DNA of 63,593 nucleotides, the filler included, from Basidiobolus ranarum (taxonomy: Eukaryota), in assembly GCA_040143965.1 (NCBI GenBank). It is 8 parts of 8 records of this genome, joined end to end, with 100 filler letters (N's around TTAATTAATTAA, not from the genome) between each part and the next. Parts side by side here need not be neighbours in the genome. Positions count along the whole stretch, not along the records: positions 1 to 7,896 come from JASJQH010001050.1; positions 7,997 to 15,882 come from JASJQH010001051.1; 6 more parts are not named here. One strand, written 5' to 3'. The position numbers and the translations under genes are program-made. Of this stretch, positions 1-11,963 are shown piece by piece. Position 1 is the first letter of the stretch. Each line of letters starts with the position of its first letter. The notes beneath the pieces were generated by a model. The model searched no databases. It was given only the letters and a program-made list of their open reading frames with translations, and was not told the DNA's origin.

Positions 1-111
1 TCTTGACAAAACTATAAATGTCAACTTTCTACTCAATAAATCAACAAGTGAAAACCACCAATTCCTCTAATTCTCCAAACCACTTCCAACAGGCTCCCAA
101 ATACTTTAACA
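1..111 (+). mobile_element. 3' part of a copia-type LTR (family A), truncated by contig start
   Basis: Near-identical reverse complement of 6767-6876; ends ...CTTTAACA; related to copies at 49203-49696. Confidence 0.8.
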
Positions 112-1637
112 AGTAGAGCATTGGTGAAGGTGAAATAGAAATGAATAGAAGATTGAACAAGATTTTCATGTTAGTTCTTTCTGATTGTGATTGTCGTTCA
201 TAAACATGAAGAATCTGAAATGTCTTGAAAATACTCCACAGTCAGATATGGATCTATAACTTTACTGCTTAACCTAAATCTAAATACCTGATTCAACTCA
301 TCATGAATACTCGCAAAAGCTATAATCCAATACTTATTAGCAGATTCCCATATAGGCTAATAAGCATTAACCCTGGGTATTACTGAAGATCAGATCTACA
401 AGGTACACCTTACTTAATATCAGTTTGCGCAAGTAAACCTCACAACAGAAACACACCACCATATAGCCCACTAATCGGAGCCTTTTTTTCCGCGTTCCGG
501 TGAAACAATCTAAAATGACAATACTTGCAACATGTAGATCCAATATCTAGCCTCATTAGTAAGTGCATCAGGTTCGCTTAGACTTAATTGTAGAACACAC
601 GTTAAACACAATTATGTGATTCATGGTTACTCTGGATGGTTGTCATCCTATTTTCAGTTCTAAAATGAATAACTAGTGCAAATACTATACGAACATTCGA
701 CTTCTCCCTACCAGGGTTGCATCAATTGATAACAACTATGTGAGTGAATTTTCCAAAAAGGTCATTTTCACACTGACAAGTTCAGCACCATAGTTGCACA
801 ATGACATTTGTAGTTCCTTCATGGATAGAGGGATTGTTGTTTATTCTCAAGTCGTATAGGGTAGACAATAGTTGTAAAATAGAATGGCAATCGGCGTGAG
901 AGATTTTGCTCATCAAAAAGACCTTCTGTCGTACAAAATCCTCCAATATACTTCTGTAATAGGGTGCGGGTGTTATTATTGAGCCAAAGTTAGACAATTT
1001 GAGATGATTTCAAATGCGTATCATCACCACTTTAACAAAGTAGATATTCTATCATTGCAAATATCATATCACTGCAGACATTATATTGATGTTGTAAAGA
1101 ATCCTTTTTATTATTCTGAATAGAAATAAGACTCGATATGAAACACCAGAACATTAAGAATAAGTCATGTCTTTATTGGCTCTAATAGAATATCATTTTC
1201 AGGAACAGAACTTGTGCTATCGCAGGCACTGTTTTTGTCAATGATCTGCTTCGAAGTCTTAAATAAAGTTGCTTGCGTAAACCCAGAGATTGATTATTAT
1301 GAGATAAATTAATCATCTAATCATGTGCTACTGTGGAACTATTTCCCACCATGACACATACCTGGACTATCATTTTAAAACAAGACTGGTACTACTGTCG
1401 AATGCATACCGTGTGAGCTACTAGGCTGTCACGTGGCTTGGCATGGACGATATCTTGGGAAATTCATGGCATAGAACAGGTTCGTTTGTTGATATCAGCA
1501 AGTACCGTAGTAATATTGTGATCAACAGCACGCCATATCCCATTAGTAAACGGATCACTCAACTAGCTGTAGTGGTATAACCATTGTACAATATACTTTG
1601 AAATATAAAGCGTGCGAAGTATAGAATCAGAATAGCA

Positions 1638-2462
1638 ATGAAGAAATTTACCCTCCTCCTCTTATGTCTTTGCTTACTAGCCCTGTCCCCTGTCAGGGCT
1701 CAAAGCAGTTCAGCTAAATCTTTTGTATTAGGGAAGGTAGAAGAAATCAAGTCTACCATACTGAGAGAGAAAAGAACATTGAACATCTATCTGCCAGAAG
1801 GATACGACCAAAAGAACTCTTCTGGCTACCCAGTGATCTACCTGCTAGATGGCTCGGCAAATGAAGATTTCATCCATATCACTGGCATAGTACAATTTTT
1901 AAATATGATCGAGACCGTGCCTAAATCCATTGTTGTTGGTATAGCCAATGTAGACAGAAAGAGAGATTTCACCTTTCCAACTACCATTGAAGAGGACAAA
2001 AAGGATTTCCCCACCAGTGGAGCCTCGAAGAAGTTTATCAAATTTATCGAAAAAGAGTTGCAGCCTTATGTGCAGAAAAAATACCGGACAAGTGGATCGA
2101 AAACCATTATCGGACAATCTTTAGGCGGCCTCTTGACGACAGAGATCTTGTTGAAAAAACCAACTCTCTTTAACAATTATGTTATTGTCAGCCCAAGCTT
2201 ATGGTGGGATAATGAATCTTTGCTTACAAAGGCCCCGGGGCTTTTAAAAGCCGGTCGCTCAAAAAATATTAAAGTTTTCCTGACTGTTGGTACTGAGGGT
2301 GCTGTTATGGAACAAGATGCTGCAAAACTTGCGGCAATATTGAAGGAGATTGCATCTGAAAAGATACAGCTAAATTTCTCTCCACTACCGGAAGAAAACC
2401 ACCTGACCATATTGAACCGCGCTGCTTACAAAGCATTGGGATCCTTAAATTCTAAGTTATAA
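1638..2462 (+). CDS. Secreted IroE/Fes-like alpha/beta hydrolase (putative esterase), bacterial type, intronless
   Basis: 274-aa ORF with signal peptide ending VRA-Q; YPVIYLLDG, IVVGI...RKRDFT, nucleophile elbow GQSLGG, SPSLWW and C-terminal ENH; TATAAA at ~1604. Confidence 0.9.
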   Translation: MKKFTLLLLCLCLLALSPVRAQSSSAKSFVLGKVEEIKSTILREKRTLNIYLPEGYDQKNSSGYPVIYLLDGSANEDFIHITGIVQFLNMIETVPKSIVVGIANVDRKRDFTFPTTIEEDKKDFPTSGASKKFIKFIEKELQPYVQKKYRTSGSKTIIGQSLGGLLTTEILLKKPTLFNNYVIVSPSLWWDNESLLTKAPGLLKAGRSKNIKVFLTVGTEGAVMEQDAAKLAAILKEIASEKIQLNFSPLPEENHLTILNRAAYKALGSLNSKL

Positions 2463-2938
2463 TCCCTAAATTAAATTTTTAAGTCGGATACGAACGGTGG
2501 TAGCAATAAAGATACTTTTGAACCAGTTGTGCAGATCAAATTCTATGTTACACCTTGCAGTTGTTCCGTACCAACAGCAAATCTATTTCCACCCAGATAT
2601 TGAATTATCAAGTCATGTTTTCAATAAATCTGTCGATAGATATACATGAAGCGTAATGAATCTAGTGATACTATTATTGTTCTAAAAATGAGCAGATGTT
2701 CATGGAATTCTTCTTAGAGGCTGTTCAGCTTTATACTTGCATATAAAAATCATGATCGTTGAATCCATTAGCCGAGAATATTTATTTCGCGAAAATGGTT
2801 TAGAAAATAGTTTAGCCTCATGTCATAAATATATAGAGTAGGATGGATAGATCTTTCTAATCAAGGTATGAAGTGGTTGGAAGTATAGAGTCGGGGTTAT
2901 AATCCATTATAAAGTTGGGGCTGTAATCCATTCATTAA

Positions 2939-3895
2939 TCACTCCTTAGCTTGGTTCAACCATACAACGTTCAAGGTAGATGTATGTGGTTTGGTAAATA
3001 TCTCACTGTAGAGCTCGGGACGTCTGGCATTCCTATACCGGAATCCACCGGCCAAACTCAATTTTTCTTTGGTCAGAGTGCTGCAACAAATTTCATCCTC
3101 GAACGAACGGCATTCTGCTAAAATCTCGCCAAATGGATCGAGTATCATAGAATTGCCGCATTTGAGTTGATCATGATCCATTCCAATGGGGTTGGTAAAT
3201 ACAACATATACCCCGTTATCGTAGGCTCTTGCAGGCAACCACCGCATTAACCATCCTCTTCCTTTAGGTCCATCGAATTCTTGGCGCAAAGACACAGGAT
3301 CTAGCACTCGATTCTCCCATAGGGTGTGATCCACAAATCCTCGGCCTGGCATTGGTGATGGCGTACAACCTGTCACATGTGGCATAAAAATGATTTCAGC
3401 TCCTAGTAAAGTGGTTGCCCTCACATTTTCAATGACATTGTTGTCATAGCAAATCAAAATGCCGCATTTCCAACCAAGCAATTCAAAAGTCACATACTCA
3501 TTACCAGCAGAAAGATATTGGCTAATGAAGGGATGGAGTTTACGATATTTAGCAACTAACTTGGAGCCTTGCACACAAACATAAGTGTTATAGATGTTCT
3601 CTTCCGAGTCTTTTTCGAATAAACCCGCCAAAATGGCGACTCCGGTTTTCGCTGAGATGTCCATTAGTCTCTGAATACTTGGGCCGGATGGTACAAATTC
3701 GGAGATACTTAAAAGTTCAGCTTTGGACAGATACTTGGCGAACGTGTATCCTTGAATGCAACACTCATGAAAGCTGATAACCTGACATCCCTGGGATCGA
3801 GCTTGGATCGTTAAGCGTTCAATGATATCAAGATTTGGCTCAACTACCCCATTATAGGTTTGGAATTGAGTGGATGCGATTTTAAGAGTGGTCAT
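2939..3895 (-). CDS. Nitrilase-superfamily carbon-nitrogen hydrolase, bacterial type, intronless
   Basis: 318-aa ORF with the E-K-C triad in FHECC, YRKLH and ICYD; GNSMILDPFG and RRPELY motifs; TATATAA on the minus strand ~40 nt upstream of the ATG. Confidence 0.9.
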   Translation of the reverse strand: MTTLKIASTQFQTYNGVVEPNLDIIERLTIQARSQGCQVISFHECCIQGYTFAKYLSKAELLSISEFVPSGPSIQRLMDISAKTGVAILAGLFEKDSEENIYNTYVCVQGSKLVAKYRKLHPFISQYLSAGNEYVTFELLGWKCGILICYDNNVIENVRATTLLGAEIIFMPHVTGCTPSPMPGRGFVDHTLWENRVLDPVSLRQEFDGPKGRGWLMRWLPARAYDNGVYVVFTNPIGMDHDQLKCGNSMILDPFGEILAECRSFEDEICCSTLTKEKLSLAGGFRYRNARRPELYSEIFTKPHTSTLNVVWLNQAKE

Positions 3896-5253
3896 AGTGG
3901 CTTTTGTTGGTCGTTGAGTGCTGGAATATCCGAGCTTATATACAATTTCTCAAGTCTAGAAAGCTTGTTATGTCAGTTGCGGAGTACCACTTTCACCCTA
4001 AAATAGACTGAGCCATCCAATCATCCCAACATCTAAATTTAGCTTGCTTGATAATTTCTTTTAAAGAGTATCAATGCGTGCCAATACCGCTGCCGATACA
4101 ATCTCTTAGTTTATGCTGCCTCTATGCAGTCATTTGATGGTTAGTCATTCTACATTTTGTTCGTATGGTAGGATCGTGAGAGGTTTGATTATCGGTTGCA
4201 ATAGAGTGAAATAGGCTCCTAAAAGTTGATAACAAAATGAACATTAAATAATAATGTTATAGATTTGGATATACATGCAGATTTGTGTGATAGTCATGGT
4301 CTTTTTAGTTTATGGCTGATACAATTAACATTGGAAAAATATAGTGAAGTAACTACATAACGAGTGTATATATATATTTCAGCAATGCTTTGAAATCAAA
4401 GTGTGTATAATGAGCCGATGCACTAGTGCTCAAACTAATCCACTTGTTTGATAGATGCTAGTATGCCGATTGTAGTGGATTCAAAGCAGTTTTCTAGGTG
4501 AATTGTACCTTATTGCGAAAGAACAAATATATTGAAAATTTGTCTTATTTTCATAGTTATAGAAACCAGTGGTGCCAGCTCGGCATATTTAATGTCATAA
4601 AATTTATGACTTTCGTGCCATAGAACCCTTGATATATGCAGGATGAAAATTCATATGAGTGAACAATTCATTATGCCATGATTCTGACTCAGTAAAAGAG
4701 CACTATCTTAATTCCGTAACATATGGCGTATCCAGAGGATGCAATAGTCACTGTTGTATAACCCTGATATGGGTTTGATATGTGTCTGTTCACTGCCACT
4801 TGAGTGTTTGTAAATGGGGAACACACCTCAGGTATTTTAGAACTTATCAAGCCTTCTGTTGAATAGTGATAGTGGTTGAAGCTTCAGTTGAGAATGCCCA
4901 GATGAAGGAACCATAAACCATGATACAACTGTAAACTCAACTGGCTCTCTGTTGAACAGGTATACTGAATTAATAATTTATCCAATGCTAGAGAAGCAAG
5001 TTGCGAATACAGACAAATTAAGGAACCAATATATAAAGTATTAGAAGCATAAAATCCACTCAATACAATATTCATTTAGTTGGTCACACTTATTATAGAC
5101 TCTTCAAGCACTCAAAAAGTTTTCCAGTAGTCTGTTCTGAGTTATTGTTAGGATGGTCTTGTAAGGGGTGGGGAAGTTTCAGGAAGCTTACAAATAATAC
5201 ATAGTCTTTTAAAACTAGAATTCATTTCATTGCAGGCATGTGAATCCTCTTTC

Positions 5254-5691
5254 AGCTTCTTGGGAGGTGATATCAATTACTGATACTAATTTAGCTTCTC
5301 GGAAGGTGATATCAATTACTGATACAAATTTCTAGAAAGTTATAATGGATATTCCAAGGTGCATATCTGATGGCTGACCAGCAAGCTAAACACGAGTTGC
5401 ATTGACTAAGTAGGCTATTCAATTGTGCATGGACTAAGACCTAAGAATAATTCCATGTGTGTATCTGGCATATTCTACTAGCCGATCAAATACAGAATAC
5501 GTGAAACAGATGTAAAATTCTATTAGCTTCGCAAATACGTTACCTAGGAGCAGCATTGATTGTACCCGCAGATTGTACCCGCACATACATATATCCAATG
5601 CAGAGTATTTCAACGAAGTCCTAAGTAAAACTGGTGGGTACTCTTCATACGCTACTATCTACTGGTGGGTACTCCTCATACGCTACTACCT
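5254..5691. repeat. Three short tandem duplications (39 bp x2, 13 bp x2, 31 bp x2)
   Basis: 5254-5292/5293-5331; 5558-5570/5571-5583; 5630-5660/5661-5691. Confidence 0.85.
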
Positions 5692-6766
5692 ATATATTAG
5701 CTATCAACTAGTTTCCTTCCCAAAGTTGGTAATATGTCAGGGCTTACATGTCAAATCTATTCATTTCTAAATATATCTTTTGTGCGTCAACATTATCAGT
5801 GTTCTACAACCATAAGTGCTTCACAATCATTTAAATTACAACATATACTAGCACTACGCTAAATCGTGTTGTTGATATACTGTTACAAATTTTACTCGCA
5901 TTCAAAGATAGATAACTCTATTTGCGTGTGTTGCTGATCTTATGAATTCAACAGCATATCTAGTTGATTAGTCGTTAGACAGAATGATTCAACTAATACT
6001 AGAGCTGTTACTTGGTTCTGACATCCATAAGCCTAATAGCAACTATGCCACACCTAAGGTGTCATTGAAGTTAATGATGTTATTTATTTGTATATCGGCC
6101 GGTGCCACTTTAGCCAACTTAGAATCATGGTTAAAAGTTCTTACAAGCTACCGATTAGAGAAAAGCTAAGCAATGATGCATTGGTGGGTATGCTAGTACC
6201 TGAGCTATTGCTTACATTAAAGAATATCGTAGATCAAAGTGTCACAGAAATCCATAATTAGCATCGGTTATATAGGGATTTAGGTATGATTCCATTATGT
6301 GGTTTATCTTGATCAGTTTTACCAAATTCCTCAATAGCATCAAGTTGTAGAAACACTGTTACAACTGATTCTGGAATCTGGCCATGGATTGCACCCAATG
6401 CCTAGTTCAGTTGTGTATTCTAAATCAAAAGAAGCAATTGCCATGGTCTTCTTAGGATGGTGTTTATACAAATCTATATTAATTAAAGTGGCTTCATGTT
6501 CAGCCTTTGAATTGAACCAAGTAGATGTGGGGACTTGGAAGTTTGATTCAATTTGAAGCAGGTGTATTTTTCACCCATTGGTTTATCGAGTAAAAATATG
6601 GCATGCATACTTTTGATAAAGCTTTGTAAAACTAAATATACAAATGGCTGATGGAATATTATGGAAAGGTTTGTGCAAAGATTAGAGTCTTATACATGTT
6701 TTTGCAAGTCATTATGATCTTAGAGCTTCCTTAATTCTGAAGATTTGGAAATATATCCCTTGATAT

Positions 6767-7113
6767 TGTTAAAGTATTTGGGAGCCTGTTGGAAGTGGTT
6801 TGGAGAATTAGAGAAATTTGTGGTTTTCACTATTGATTTATTGAGTAGAAAGTTGACATTTATAGTTTTGTCAAGATATAAACACACTAACGCGTAGAAT
6901 GTGTTTAAAAAGATTCCAGAAACATGTGTGCAAAGTTTAGGGCTGCTAGCATAAGTTTGAAAAATCTATATATCTGAGAACTAATAAATTGGTCAAAATA
7001 TTCAAAGTAAATACCGATGGAGAATAATGGATAATATCTTAGTGAATTATAAGATAACTAAGTACTAAGCTATATATGACTACATAGGTGCTTAGGCAAT
7101 GCTAATTTTAACA
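6767..7113 (-). mobile_element. Solo LTR (family A) with imperfect 5-bp TSD
   Basis: TGTTAAAG...TTTTAACA termini, 347 bp; flanks gatat (6762-6766) and aatat (7114-7118); termini resemble the family B copia LTRs, which is how orientation was assigned. Confidence 0.8.
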
Positions 7114-7560
7114 AATATTCGATTTTTAGGGATTGACTAAACATAGGTCACAATATAGAAATATATGGGTGTAAACACATCTATATTTTAGTGCTACAAG
7201 CCTCAACTAAAGGAAAAACCCTTGACTTTCAGTTAATAAATCTACAAGTGAAAATCACACTTATTTCTTAATACACCGAATCACTTCTGCTTTTTCAACC
7301 AGCGAATAAGCTCTAGCATGGATGCAATTGAAAATACTCATTTAGCTATTTCATTGCTTTGATAATGCAAATTCTGAACGCATTATTTGTTTACTGGTGG
7401 TGCATATAAATGGGTCCAGGGATTATTGTAGATTTAAAAGAACTTTAATTGATATTTATAAATATTATCTACTTGGCAGTCTGTACCTATAGTTAAGGGG
7501 TTCTACTATGTAACAACGCTATTTAGTACTATTGAAAGGCAACTATGTATACTGTACTAT

Positions 7561-7896
7561 CTATGATTTATCTGCCTTTTCGTCGCTGGTAGCACCACCT
7601 CCGAACATGTAATCGATTTGCTCAAGACTCTTGCCCTTGGTCTCGGGAACGAAGAAGATAATGAAAATGAGCATTATTACACCACATGCACCAAAGATGA
7701 TGTACAATCCCCAATTGATTGACTTCATCAAAGGAGGAACGACCTCACCAATGATGAAGTTGAAGATCCAGTTGGAGGCAGTGGAAACACTCATGCACTT
7801 GGCACGCACACGGTTAGGATAGATCTCAGATGGATAGATCCAGCCAATGGGTCCCCAGGTGAAGGCAAAGGCAGCCACGAACAGATAGATCATAGC
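7561..7896 (-). CDS. MFS sugar porter, 3' fragment (truncated by contig end)
   Basis: WGPIGWIYPSEIYP, ASNWIFNF and FFVPETKGKSLEQID signatures. Confidence 0.92.
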   Translation of the reverse strand, partial: AMIYLFVAAFAFTWGPIGWIYPSEIYPNRVRAKCMSVSTASNWIFNFIIGEVVPPLMKSINWGLYIIFGACGVIMLIFIIFFVPETKGKSLEQIDYMFGGGATSDEKADKS

Positions 7897-7996
7897 NNNN
7901 NNNNNNNNNNNNNNNNNNNNNNNNNNNNNNNNNNNNNNNNTTAATTAATTAANNNNNNNNNNNNNNNNNNNNNNNNNNNNNNNNNNNNNNNNNNNN
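7897..7996. other. Artificial contig linker N44-TTAATTAATTAA-N44 (also at 15883-15982, 23860-23959, 31835-31934, 39803-39902, 47739-47838, 55670-55769)
   Basis: Identical 100-nt spacers with stops in all six frames; segment lengths 7896, 7886, 7877, 7875, 7868, 7836, 7831 and 7824 decrease monotonically. Confidence 0.97.
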
Positions 7997-9000
7997 CAGT
8001 CTATATGGATCAGACTAACAAACAAAACTGCCCACTGCTCTATAATCTATAGAGGTGGCTCCATAAAGAACCGCCAGAGAAAAAGTTCATATAGCTTTTT
8101 CTTAAATACATCACTGATATATTGTCTTTTAGCTGCTTCAGCAGTTAGTATGTCTTGCCGCCAATAATCGACACCTCAACTATCGCTCACGAAGTTCAAA
8201 CAGTTCGTCTGACATATCTATAATTTGACCCTCGAGAAAAAGAGGCGGAAAAATGTGTTGAGGCGCATGTTGGGTAGGGTAACAAGCAATATCAAGGCAG
8301 ATATTCTGGATTCTAGTGTTAACAAATGGAGACATGGTATTCAATACAATGCCATAACAGACTGTCAGCTAAATATTGGCTTTTAGCTGGATGTTCCAGG
8401 TCATATTTACATCAAGACTGCATAATATTTGCTGGTATTTTGGGATGTAAACAAGACAAAGGAATGTATAATCTCTAAACCTAGAGTGCGAGGGTGATAG
8501 ATAGATAGAATACTAATGCCAACGTATATTAATTCATTTTAATGAGGTTACCCAACAGGCTTAAGAACAAGAAATAAAACTGAATTTAAAGCCCAAATAT
8601 TACCGAAATCAATTTTTTGCATGGCAAATATTTTCTGGGCTTTAATATTTTCATCTTTGACATATGTGTCATCACAGCTATTCGGTCGATTTTGCTCCAT
8701 GACTGACTTCACGATACATAAGCCACCCAAATACTAACTTTGGCATCTTTTATATCGATAATCTTAGTTTATATACATTAATAATTCTCAAGATCGTGAT
8801 TTATAATATGAACCAAGACGAATAGACAAGATGTCCTTTTTATGGGGCTAATGTTCGAACCAACAGTATTGCAGTTATGGTGGATTAGAACTTCTGATGA
8901 AAAATTTATTAGAGTTTGGGGAATGTAAACAGTTTGTCTCGTATTCCTCACTGCATCAACTATAGCTTCTTGGGCGTAGCTTCTCACTAATCTTCTGACC

Positions 9001-9657
9001 ATGGCTGACGAGCAAACTTTAAATCCTACTCTCTGTTACAATCTTACATATTTCAAAGGTGATTTGCTTCCTTTTTATTCAGAAATCGTCCACTTTAAGT
9101 AACATATCTTTTACTTACACTCTACGTTGCTTAGATTTGATGAAAGGTCTCCGTAAGATTGACGATAATATTATGCTTCAGATGAACACCACTGACATTC
9201 ATTCCGAAAACTCATGTGCAACATTCTTTGGCCAGCTTTCGGAGGCTTACAAAAAGCGTGAAAATACCATACAATATTGCTTGAAGGTAAAGTATTGAAC
9301 GAAAGTGTCTGCCTTGCACTTCGTGTTGATCACAGACTAACTATTTAACAATCGGTGCCTAGGTAATGGACGAGGAGTTAGCTATGAAGCAAAAGGAATT
9401 GCAAGAGGACCCGGATGATTACGATATTCGCGATAGTATCTACACAGATGAATCACAGGTACTTAGAACCTACTAGGCTGAATTTTTATATTTAAATAGT
9501 TACCAAGATTATTGAAATTTTCCAGCGACGTATGATACAGAATGAACTAGTGGTCGAAGATATTGTTCGCGATCGTAGTCTTAAGGTTTTCCGTGAAAAG
9601 TGTAGGTCTCATCGTATTCCAAAGGAATTCAAGAAATTCCTGAAAAGAGAAAACTAG
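9001..9657 (+). CDS. MIX23: Mitochondrial intermembrane-space protein Mix23/CCDC58 (Cid2 family), 4 exons
   Basis: Exons ~9001-9058, 9135-9286, 9363-9458, 9527-9657 give LCYNLTYFKDLMKGLRKIDDNI...IQYCL...ELVVEDIVRDRSLKVFREKC. Confidence 0.85.
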
Positions 9658-11963
9658 TTATGTCTATGTATTGGAATTGTAACGGAAACGCACAAAGTCA
9701 TTGTATTAAAAACCTACATTCATCCTTCATGTTCGCGGTTTCAATTCTAGAGGAATATTTGGTTACTGTATTACTCTTTGATGACTTTTAAACCCCGTCA
9801 ATACCCCACATTATCTAGCATTCCATAAACCTTTTAAAAATATTGCTGTGCAAAGTTATATCAGAAAATAAATGGAAAGAAGCATAGCGACTGAGGAATA
9901 TATTTACTGAGTTCATTGAACTGCTCTGACGAACCTAGGGGTTTAGACCCTTAAATCCACGTCTAGATTATGAGTTTGTGCTGACGTGCCAGACGTACGT
10001 TCCCATAAACAAGTACTAAGGAGAAATCCCCGAACAACTTACGAATCAGTAATCGAATATTTGAACAAACAGGCAGCGTACCATCAAGCAATATCCTTAT
10101 GCATGATAGCGAATCCTTGGGATGAAGAGAGTATCATTTAGCTGACACGGAGGAAGCATCGCCACATTTTGCAACATAGAGCTTGTCTAAACACGCCAAG
10201 CATAGTGCTTGTTCGTTCGGGACTGCTAATGCAGAGATTCAGTCCAATTGAATCTCAAAGGCAGGTTTGCCATCAAATTGGGTGAAATGCAGCAACAATA
10301 TTTCGCTGTCACCTGAAACAGTTATGACTATAGACTGAAGAAGCTCAATTGGCAGCTGGTGTCTGATTAGTAAGATCTAAGAGCAGAATGCAACTAGTAT
10401 CCATGATGCCATCTATTTTTCGATCAGAGATAGCGTTCGATGCCCATGGTCAGTATGAACAATGTCGAGCTAAATGGAGCTGGCGTAGTAAAGATGGAAG
10501 CCAAATGGAAGTAAACCTTTAGTTCGAACTGAAACCACTGACTACTGATTTTGCACTTGAGCTCGATTTCCGCTAAAATCATATGAGGGACACGTGTCTG
10601 TTGCTGTGTATACGGCCGGCCAATCACCTGGAATGTGACTTCAATCCTTTCTGGGAATGGATTTCCGTAGAGAAGCCGTCTTCTGTCTATTGGAGAGGCT
10701 TCTTCATATCTAGACGAACCATGAGCGACGTTGGTTTTGCTACAAATCATGCTAACAAGGAGACTTTCAAATGGAAATGATATTTTACCGATGGGCTGCA
10801 GGTTTTGATTTTGGCCGTGCAGTCGTCATTTGAAATCTGAGTTGCCGTTGAATTAAGCCAACTTTCAATTGACGAAGTTAAGCGACAATAGGCAAATGGT
10901 CTAAGAATTTCTTGATCTGATGTACATCAGTCACGTGGACATGGCTTCCAACCCAGATAGTACAGTGCAGGAATTGATCACTGAGGGATCAAATCATACT
11001 TCGGTTCATCCAAACGATTGTGTGTTTTGACAGTTGCGGACAATCACAATGCAGACGTAGCACAGCAAGTAGCGATGGATCTGAACAACGGTTGGGATCG
11101 AAGACCTGGGTTAATTTCTCAGAACATCGTGAGGGCAAGTCCTAACCTGTGGGGCATACTTGCAATAGGATTACTCGGACAACAGCTCTTGGCTGTAGAA
11201 TCATCATGACCATTTCCAGTGACATCGATGTTTTAGTAAAGCTACAGATCAACCCAATACAAGCCAGCCTACATCCGATTAGATCTTCCAGTTCGGACAA
11301 TGACAAATACGGCTCTGGTCAGATGAGTGCTCGTGAAACCCTAGTTGGTTCATGACATATATGAACGTGTGTATGTGATAATTGACTCACTATTCAGGTC
11401 GTGGCATTACAAGTTCTTGTTGGGATTGGATTATCCCGCAAACATCCAAGCTTGGATGCATCGAAAAAGGAATTCCACAAGATTTGTAGAACCATTTGTG
11501 TTCGTAATGGTCGATCAAAAATGGTGTCTCTTGGACCAAATCCCATTTTGATACCAACCGACGAAATGATCATTTCAGGTTTGCTTTTAACTGGTCGACC
11601 ATATTCTACAGCAATGATCCAAATGCGTGCTAAGTCTGAAGGAATGCTTCTACAAATGGTAAGCGGTCATGTCGAGATGAAGAAAAGTTGACTAGCCATT
11701 CTAATGATTCAACCTCGTAGGTTTTACTTTTACATCAGACCTGCCCTCATTCTTTCTCCCCCTTTGGCTGCATTTGGAAGGTTATGGCATGCTAATCAGG
11801 AATCCAGCTTATATAAAGCCTAAGGATAACTACTGATCAACCAGTGCACACAAACAAACATACTTCATATCTCTCGAGCTTGCTCTTTTAATAAATAGAC
11901 CTTTCTTTTGCACAAAATCATTCTCCTTCAACTAGAGCCATCCCCTAGTATTTAAAGCCCGTT

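Noticed and set aside
5254-5691. CRISPR-like array from the 31-39 bp repeats
   Set aside because: Each unit occurs only twice, head-to-tail with no spacers; there are no cas genes and the context is eukaryotic.
7941-7952. TTAATTAATTAA as a biological motif or piggyBac TTAA target
   Set aside because: It is always centred in 100-nt N blocks and is an artificial stop linker.
10424-11691. Several short overlapping ORFs upstream of the subtilisin
   Set aside because: No recognisable motifs or consistent exon chain; probably intergenic or promoter DNA.
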